The translations under genes and the position numbers were made by a program. The notes under the pieces were generated by a model. That model saw only the letters and a program-made list of their open reading frames with translations. It had not been told where the DNA came from and did not search any database. Positions 57,753 to 64,000 of a stretch of 64,000 nt of DNA are shown piece by piece; the stretch's first letter is position 1; each line of letters starts with the position of its first letter. Location of the stretch: positions 3,563 to 67,562 of the forward strand of contig JAZQVM010000045.1 in NCBI GenBank assembly GCA_045631845.1, given 5' to 3'. The stretch comes from Eubacteriales bacterium. Its GTDB lineage: Bacteria; Bacillota; Clostridia; Oscillospirales; UMGS1783.

Positions 57753-58574
57753 ATGAAGACGACATATAAATACTCCTATAAATCCAAACAAAGCAGTACA
57801 CCCCTATATGTATGCAATACCGGCCTGCAACAATGCTCGTCCGGCTATTCTTGGGGACCCGGTGTTCGGGATCACTATTTAATACATTTTGTTTCTTCCG
57901 GCAAAGGAACTTTCTGCGCCAACGGCAAAGAGTTTGAGTTGCACGGCGGGCAGGCCTTTATTGCCTATCCCAATGAAACGGTATCCTACAGCGCCGATGA
58001 ACAAAGCCCTTGGGAATATTATTGGGTAGGGTTTAACGGTGCTGAAGCAGGATTGATGTTGTCGCAGACCGACTTTTCCCCTGCGGATCCGGTTCAGGAT
58101 TTTAAGGATGACGATACCTTGGCTGATCTGATTCGGGAAATTTATGATTGTCGGGGCAGTCGCAACTGTGATACGGTACGCATGACCGGTCGGGTATATT
58201 TACTGTTAGCCTATTTGATCGAACAGGCCAAACACGCACAATCCTCTGCCCCCGAAATCTATGCGGTTAAGGCGGCGGAATTTGCCCAGAACAATTATAT
58301 GCACGGAGTAACCGTTACCGATATGGCCGCACATGTGGGCATCAGCCGCAGTTGGCTCTATAAGGATTTTTGCCGACAGTTTCACATATCCCCCTTTGAG
58401 TATTTGCAGGGATTGCGCATTGACCGTAGCAAGGCATTACTAACCAATACAAAATTATCTGTAAAGGAGATTGCCTTGTCGGTTGGGTTCGAAGATCCAT
58501 TATACTTTTCACGAGCCTTCAAAAAGGAAGTCGGCATATCTCCCTTAACCTATCGACAACAGAAAGAAGAATAA
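57753..58574 (+). CDS. AraC-family transcriptional regulator (cupin sensor + HTH), divergent from galKT
   Basis: N-terminal cupin-like region, C-terminal AraC HTH (GISRSWLYKDF...SVKEIALSVGFEDPLYFSRAFKK). Confidence 0.88.
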   Translation: MKTTYKYSYKSKQSSTPLYVCNTGLQQCSSGYSWGPGVRDHYLIHFVSSGKGTFCANGKEFELHGGQAFIAYPNETVSYSADEQSPWEYYWVGFNGAEAGLMLSQTDFSPADPVQDFKDDDTLADLIREIYDCRGSRNCDTVRMTGRVYLLLAYLIEQAKHAQSSAPEIYAVKAAEFAQNNYMHGVTVTDMAAHVGISRSWLYKDFCRQFHISPFEYLQGLRIDRSKALLTNTKLSVKEIALSVGFEDPLYFSRAFKKEVGISPLTYRQQKEE

Positions 58575-58577
58575 AAG

Positions 58578-58606
58578 AGGCAGGATCATAAGATCCTGCC
58601 TTTTTC
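58578..58606. terminator. Bidirectional terminator (araC-like / fhs)
   Basis: Hairpin AGGCAGGATC-ATAA-GATCCTGCCT followed by TTTTT. Confidence 0.8.
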
Positions 58607-58607
58607 A

Positions 58608-60290
58608 TTAGAACAAGCCTGTAATTTTTCCGTTTTCATCCACATCGATACGCTCAGCCGCCGGAGACTTGGGCAGGCCGGGCATAGTCATAATGTCACC
58701 GGTCAGCACCACAACAAAACCGGCACCTGCAGACACTTTAACCTTTTTAATGGTTACGGTAAAGTCTTCGGGCGCACCCAGTTTTATGGGGTCATCGGAG
58801 AAACTGTACTGGGTCTTAGCCATGCAGACCGGACACGAACCAAAGCCCAGTTCTTCCAAACGGGCGATCTGCTTCTTAGCAGCCGGTTCTATCACAATTC
58901 CTTTACCGCCATATACCTTCTTCACAACCGATTCAATCTTTTCGGTGATCGAGCAGTCCGATTCATAGGCAAAGGTAAAGTTTCCGGTTTCCTCGTCACA
59001 CAAGCGCACCACTTCTCGTGCCAGATCTTCACCGCCTTTACCGCCGTCGGCCCATACGGTAGACAATACCGTATTGACACCTAATTGACGACACTTTTCA
59101 ATAATGAAATTGATTTCCGCATCGGTATCGGTCGGGAAACGGTTGACCGCCACCACACAGGGCAGTTGATACACGTTTTTGATATTGGAAACATGGCGAA
59201 GCAGATTGGGAACACCCTTCTCCAACGCCTCGATATCCTCATTATTGAGTGCGGTTTTCGGCAGGCCGCCGTGCATTTTAAGGGCACGAACGGTGGCCAC
59301 AACTACAACGGCATCCGGAACCAGTCCTGCCATGCGACACTTGATGTCCAGGAATTTTTCAGCGCCAAGGTCGGCACCGAAACCGGCTTCGGTAATGGTA
59401 TAGTCGCCCATCTTAAGCGCAAGCTTGGTGGCCATGACCGAGTTACAACCATGGGCAATGTTCGCAAAAGGACCGCCATGAACAAAAGCAGGGGTCCCTT
59501 CCAGTGTTTGCACCAGATTGGGCTTTATAGCATCTTTAAGCAGTGCCGTCATAGCACCTGCCGCCTTCAGTTGACCGCAGGTAACCGGCTGATCGTCATA
59601 GGTATAACCGACAATAATACGAGAGAGGCGCTCTTTCAGATCGGTAATCGAGTTGGACAGGCACAAGACTGCCATAATCTCGCTGGCCACGGTAATATCA
59701 AAACCATCCTCACGAGGAACACCGTTGACCTTGCCACCCATACCGTCCACGATAAAACGAAGCTGACGGTCGTTCATATCGACGCAGCGCTTCCATGTGA
59801 TTTTCCGCACATCAATGCCCAAGACATTCCCCTGCTGGATATGGTTATCCAGCATTGCGGCCAACAGGTTGTTAGCGGCACCGATGGCATGAAAATCTCC
59901 GGTAAAGTGCAGGTTGATATCTTCCATGGGTACGACCTGCGCATAGCCGCCGCCGGCCGCACCACCCTTGACACCGAAGACCGGACCGAGGGAGGGCTCA
60001 CGCAAAGCAACAGTGACGTCCTTACCGATACGGCGCAGACCGTCAGCCAAACCAATGGTGGTCGTTGTTTTCCCCTCGCCCGCAGGGGTGGGGGTAATTG
60101 CCGTTACAAGGATCAGCTTGCCGTTCTCACGGTCGGTTTCCTGCAACAAAGACGGGTCAATTTTTGCCTTGTATTTGCCGTATTGCTCTACATATTTCTC
60201 ATCTACATGGGCTCGTTTTGCAATTTCGGTAATGGGCTCCATCTGACAGTTCTGAGCAATCTCAATGTCGGAAAGATATGCCATTCTCAC
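58608..60290 (-). CDS. fhs: Formate--tetrahydrofolate ligase
   Basis: 560 aa; [16 protein letters not shown]-loop and FTHFS signature regions. Confidence 0.96.
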   Translation of the reverse strand: MRMAYLSDIEIAQNCQMEPITEIAKRAHVDEKYVEQYGKYKAKIDPSLLQETDRENGKLILVTAITPTPAGEGKTTTTIGLADGLRRIGKDVTVALREPSLGPVFGVKGGAAGGGYAQVVPMEDINLHFTGDFHAIGAANNLLAAMLDNHIQQGNVLGIDVRKITWKRCVDMNDRQLRFIVDGMGGKVNGVPREDGFDITVASEIMAVLCLSNSITDLKERLSRIIVGYTYDDQPVTCGQLKAAGAMTALLKDAIKPNLVQTLEGTPAFVHGGPFANIAHGCNSVMATKLALKMGDYTITEAGFGADLGAEKFLDIKCRMAGLVPDAVVVVATVRALKMHGGLPKTALNNEDIEALEKGVPNLLRHVSNIKNVYQLPCVVAVNRFPTDTDAEINFIIEKCRQLGVNTVLSTVWADGGKGGEDLAREVVRLCDEETGNFTFAYESDCSITEKIESVVKKVYGGKGIVIEPAAKKQIARLEELGFGSCPVCMAKTQYSFSDDPIKLGAPEDFTVTIKKVKVSAGAGFVVVLTGDIMTMPGLPKSPAAERIDVDENGKITGLF

Positions 60291-60301
60291 GCACTCCTAA
60301 C

Positions 60302-63300
60302 TTATTTAAAGTAATGAACAGCGGCTTCAAACATACGGATATCGTAGTTACCCGGCACATTCAGATACAAGCCCTCACCGATACGTTCACTGTGTCCCAT
60401 CTTACCGAAGACACGACCGTCGGGCGAAGTGATACCCTCGACCGCATAAATCGAGCCGTTGGGATTAAAGTGAACATCGGCAGTGGCATTGCCGTCCAGA
60501 TCCACATACTGGGTAGCGATCTGACCGTTTTCGGCCAGTTTTCGGATCAACTCCTCATCGGCAAGGAATCGACCCTCACCGTGAGAAATCGCAACATTAT
60601 ACACATCTCCCACCTGTGTCAGCGCCAACCACGGCGACTTATTCGAAGCCACACGGGTACGAACAATGCGGGACTGGTGACGGCCGATGGTGTTATAGGT
60701 CAATGTCGGGCAGGATGCATCGGTATCGATGATCTTACCGTAAGGAACAAGACCCAGCTTAATCAATGCCTGGAAGCCGTTACAGATACCGCACATAAGT
60801 CCGTCACGGTTCTCCAACAGTTCGGTAACGCCCTCTTTTACTGCGCCGTTGCGGAAGAATGCCGTAATAAACTTACCGCTTCCATCCGGCTCATCGCCGC
60901 CCGAGAAACCACCGGGCACGAAGACGACCTGCGAATCTTTCAGGCTCTTAACAAAGCGATCTACACTATCCTGAATTCCGCTTGCCGACAGGTTATTAAT
61001 AACCAGAATTTCCGGCTCGGCACCGGCATCACGCACGGCTTTGGCACTATCATATTCACAGTTAGTACCAGGGAATACGGGAATGAGCACCTTGGGTTTA
61101 GCCACACGGATGGCGGGCGCTTTGCGCTCCCTACTCTCATAGGAGAAGTTGCACAGCGGCGTCTTCGCATCGGGAATATTGCAGGCAAAAACGCTTTCCA
61201 GTTTATCCTCATATACACCGAGCAGTTCCGACAGGGCAACGCTTTCCTTGCCACGGCAGATGCACTCGGCATCGGTAACTTCACCCAGATAGGTTGCATC
61301 GGCAATCTCGTCGGTAACTTCTACAACAAAGGAGGCATAGCCGTAACTAAACAATGTCTGATTATCCATAGCCGTATCCACATTCACGCCAAGCCCGTTA
61401 CCGAAGGCCATCTTCATAATTGCCTCGGCAATACCGCCCAGCCCAAGCGTGTAACAGGATACCACTTTACCGGCACGCATAAGCTCGGTAACTTGGGCAA
61501 ATACCTTGAGCAAGGAGTCGGTCTTGGGCAGGCCATTCTCATCATACTCGGGAGAGATCACATACAGTTTATTCCCTGCCTTCTTCAGTTCGGGAGAAAC
61601 CATGTGCTGCAATTTATCCGTAGTAACCGCAAAAGAAACCAAGGTAGGCGGCACATCGAGATCCTCAAACGAACCACTCATCGAGTCCTTACCTCCGATC
61701 GAGCCGATCTGCAGTTCTTTCTGCGCTTTAAATGCACCGAGCAGAGCGGCCAGCGGCTTACCCCAACGACGGGCATCCTTACCGGGCTTCTCAAAATATT
61801 CTTGGAAGGTCAAATACACATCCTCAAAAGAAGCTCCGCAAGCAATCAGCTTACAAACCGATTCCACAACCGCCAGATAGGCCGAGTGATAGGGGCTCTT
61901 TTCAGCGATGAAGGGGTTATAGCCCCAAGCCATCAAGGACACATCGTCGGTATGCTTCTGCTCTACCGAGATCTTCTGTACCATAGCCTGCACCGGCGTC
62001 AACTGATGCTTACCGCCAAAGGGCATAAACACCGCACCGGCACCGATGGTCGAGTCAAACCGCTCCGAAAGACCACGCTTGGAGCAGATGTTCAGGTCGG
62101 CGGCCATCGCCTTGAAGTTACTTGCGAAATCGCCCGTTACCTTCTTTTCAAACGCTTCGGGTTTGGCGGGTTTGATATTAATGTGCTTGGATGCACCGTT
62201 GGAATTGAGAAATTCACGGCTGATATCGACGATCTTCTTCCCGTTCCAGTTCATGACCAAACGGGCTTCTTCCTGCACCACAGCCACAGGGCAGGCCTGC
62301 AGGTTTTCCATAGCGGCCAGCGCCAAAAATGCCTCAACATTTTCTTTCTCAACCACAACCGCCATACGCTCCTGCGATTCGCTGATTGCCAGTTCGGTAC
62401 CGTCAAGACCTTCATATTTCTTAGGCACAGCGTTCAGATCGATCTCCAGCCCGTCGGCCAATTCACCGATAGCAACCGATACACCGCCGGCGCCAAAGTC
62501 GTTACAACGCTTAATCATCTTGGTTGCGGTAGCATTACGGAACAAACGCTGGAGTTTACGCTCCTCGGGCGCATTACCTTTCTGCACTTCCGCCCCGCAG
62601 GTTTCCACTGAGTGGGCGTTATGCGCCTTGGAAGAACCGGTAGCACCACCGATACCGTCACGGCCGGTACTGCCGCCGAGCAGAATAACAACATCACCGG
62701 CAGACGGACGCTCACGACGTACATTCTCCTGCGGTGCCGCCGCAATAACTGCACCGATCTCCATGCGCTTAGCCGCATAGCCGGGGTGATACAGTTCATC
62801 TACAATACCCGTAGCCAGACCAATCTGGTTACCGTAAGAAGAGTAGCCTGCGGCAGCCGTTGTCACGATCTTACGCTGGGGCAACTTGCCTTGAATAGTC
62901 TCATTTACAGGCTTGAGCGGATCGGCCGCGCCGGTTACACGCATCGCACCGTAGACATAGGAGCGGCCCGACAGCGGATCACGGATCGCACCGCCGATAC
63001 AGGTAGCCGCACCGCCAAAAGGCTCAATCTCGGTCGGATGGTTATGGGTTTCATTCTTAAAGAGCAACAACCACGGCTCGTTCACACCGTCAACATTCAC
63101 GTTGATCTTAACGGTGCAGGCATTGATCTCTTCCGATTCATCCAGCTTATCCAGTTTGCCGTTTTTCTTGAGATATTTCACGGCAACCGTTGCCAAATCC
63201 ATTAAGCAGACCGGCTTGGTACGACCGATCTCCTTGCGAACTGCCAGATATTCATCAAAGGTAGCCTGCAACAATTCATCCTCAAACACAACCGAATCAA

Positions 63301-63994
63301 TCTCGGTGAGGAATGTCGTATGACGGCAATGATCCGACCAATAGGTATCGATCATACGGATCTCGGTAATGGTAGGATCCCGATGCTCGCTGCGGAAATA
63401 CTCCTGACAGAACGCAATATCATCGGCATCCATAGCCAAACCGTAATCCTTAACAAAGGACTCCAAGCCCTCACGATCCAACTGACAGAAACCGTCCAAG
63501 GTGCGAACCTCAGTCGGAATCTCGTAGTTAGCAATCAGTGTTTCGGGCATGTCCAGAGAAGCTTCGCGAGCCTCAACGGGGTTGATAACATACTTTTTAA
63601 TCTCTGCCACCTGCGCATCGGTCAAAGCACCCGACAAGATATACACCCTTGCCGTACGCACCGTCGGACGATCCCCCTGCGAGATAATCTGAATACACTG
63701 CGCGGCCGAATCGGCACGCTGATCAAACTGACCGGGCAGATACTCTACCGCAAACACGGTATCGGTATCGGCACAGGCAAACTTTGAGCTGACCGTATCC
63801 AACTGCGGCTCGGAAAAGACCGTCTGCTCGGCATAAGCAAACAGTTCGGGGGTGATGTTCTCTGCATCATACCGATTCAGAATACGAACATCGGTTAAAC
63901 TTTCAATTCCAAGAAGCGAACGGGCATCGCTAAGCAATGACTTGGCTTCTGCGGCCAATTCCTTCTTTTTTTCTACATATACACGATAAACCAT
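60302..63994 (-). CDS. purL: Phosphoribosylformylglycinamidine synthase, single-chain (FGAM synthase with C-terminal glutamine amidotransferase)
   Basis: 1230 aa; N-terminal PurS-like region, duplicated AIR-synthase-like domains, C-terminal GATase (GICNGFQAL, HGEGRF). Confidence 0.95.
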   Translation of the reverse strand: MVYRVYVEKKKELAAEAKSLLSDARSLLGIESLTDVRILNRYDAENITPELFAYAEQTVFSEPQLDTVSSKFACADTDTVFAVEYLPGQFDQRADSAAQCIQIISQGDRPTVRTARVYILSGALTDAQVAEIKKYVINPVEAREASLDMPETLIANYEIPTEVRTLDGFCQLDREGLESFVKDYGLAMDADDIAFCQEYFRSEHRDPTITEIRMIDTYWSDHCRHTTFLTEIDSVVFEDELLQATFDEYLAVRKEIGRTKPVCLMDLATVAVKYLKKNGKLDKLDESEEINACTVKINVNVDGVNEPWLLLFKNETHNHPTEIEPFGGAATCIGGAIRDPLSGRSYVYGAMRVTGAADPLKPVNETIQGKLPQRKIVTTAAAGYSSYGNQIGLATGIVDELYHPGYAAKRMEIGAVIAAAPQENVRRERPSAGDVVILLGGSTGRDGIGGATGSSKAHNAHSVETCGAEVQKGNAPEERKLQRLFRNATATKMIKRCNDFGAGGVSVAIGELADGLEIDLNAVPKKYEGLDGTELAISESQERMAVVVEKENVEAFLALAAMENLQACPVAVVQEEARLVMNWNGKKIVDISREFLNSNGASKHINIKPAKPEAFEKKVTGDFASNFKAMAADLNICSKRGLSERFDSTIGAGAVFMPFGGKHQLTPVQAMVQKISVEQKHTDDVSLMAWGYNPFIAEKSPYHSAYLAVVESVCKLIACGASFEDVYLTFQEYFEKPGKDARRWGKPLAALLGAFKAQKELQIGSIGGKDSMSGSFEDLDVPPTLVSFAVTTDKLQHMVSPELKKAGNKLYVISPEYDENGLPKTDSLLKVFAQVTELMRAGKVVSCYTLGLGGIAEAIMKMAFGNGLGVNVDTAMDNQTLFSYGYASFVVEVTDEIADATYLGEVTDAECICRGKESVALSELLGVYEDKLESVFACNIPDAKTPLCNFSYESRERKAPAIRVAKPKVLIPVFPGTNCEYDSAKAVRDAGAEPEILVINNLSASGIQDSVDRFVKSLKDSQVVFVPGGFSGGDEPDGSGKFITAFFRNGAVKEGVTELLENRDGLMCGICNGFQALIKLGLVPYGKIIDTDASCPTLTYNTIGRHQSRIVRTRVASNKSPWLALTQVGDVYNVAISHGEGRFLADEELIRKLAENGQIATQYVDLDGNATADVHFNPNGSIYAVEGITSPDGRVFGKMGHSERIGEGLYLNVPGNYDIRMFEAAVHYFK

Positions 63995-64000
63995 TTTATT

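Noticed and set aside
59085-60314. 409-aa plus-strand ORF antisense to fhs.
   Set aside because: Same reasoning: it is the shadow frame of a highly conserved gene, with no translation signals and junk-like composition.
60278-62611. 777-aa plus-strand ORF antisense to purL (also 62046-62780, 62612-63205 and 63320-63787).
   Set aside because: It lies entirely opposite a full-length, motif-rich purL. Its sequence is R/H/L/T/G-rich with no recognisable motif, SD or promoter. Long stop-free antisense frames are expected from the codon bias of this genome.
1-64000. Search for CRISPR repeats, tRNA/rRNA genes, IS elements, integrases, prophage or defence-island genes, and large structured ncRNAs.
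   Set aside because: The largest non-coding gap is ~190 nt (the pyrR leader). All other gaps are explained by promoters or terminators. No spaced repeat arrays or mobile-element proteins were seen.

Overview
This is a very gene-dense core-chromosome segment of a spore-forming, Clostridia-class Firmicute. Evidence for that placement: SASP, spmAB, abrB, an rnf operon and PolC. GC looks intermediate by eye, and any finer taxon would be a guess. From 1 to about 45.3 kb every gene is on the minus strand. In coordinate order these are: polC (5' part, runs off the left edge), ispG, rseP, dxr, cdsA, uppS, frr, pyrH, an ispH::S1 fusion, plsC, cmk, an HI0933-type flavoprotein, an RpiR regulator and an alpha/beta SASP. 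Next come a tightly coupled operon (tandem-OB SSB-like, unknown 177 aa, pdaB-like), an orphan amine-dehydrogenase-like gene, rnfBAEGDC, nrdR with a small unknown upstream ORF, a TIM-barrel isomerase, an aminotransferase, rluB and dacB. rpsU follows (58 aa, absent from the ORF track), then leuS, rsfS, yqeK, nadD, yhbY, rdgB, ftsY, smc, rnc, acpP, plsX, trmFO, topA, dprA and a TrmH-family methyltransferase. The 45.3-64 kb part is mixed-strand. It carries htrA plus an OmpR-type response regulator and histidine kinase, spmBA, abrB, a flavin reductase, and a translationally coupled TPR plus nucleotidyltransferase (DUF4037-like) pair. It also carries uracil permease and pyrR with a leader terminator, galT-galK with a divergent AraC regulator, fhs and single-chain purL. 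I saw no rRNA, tRNA, CRISPR array, transposase/integrase or recognisable defence genes. I did not find a convincing novel multi-gene system. The best candidates for a second look are the pdaB-like / degenerate Mur-ligase-like / tandem-OB operon beside the SASP gene (14.7-16.7 kb) and the TPR + NTase pair (51.0-52.8 kb). Lesser ones are an internal Shine-Dalgarno+ATG at the ispH/S1 fusion junction, the extended RnfG N-terminus overlapping rnfD, an inverted repeat inside the rnf promoter, and an 11-bp-phased direct repeat upstream of htrA. All protein calls rest on motif recognition by eye; no database search was possible.
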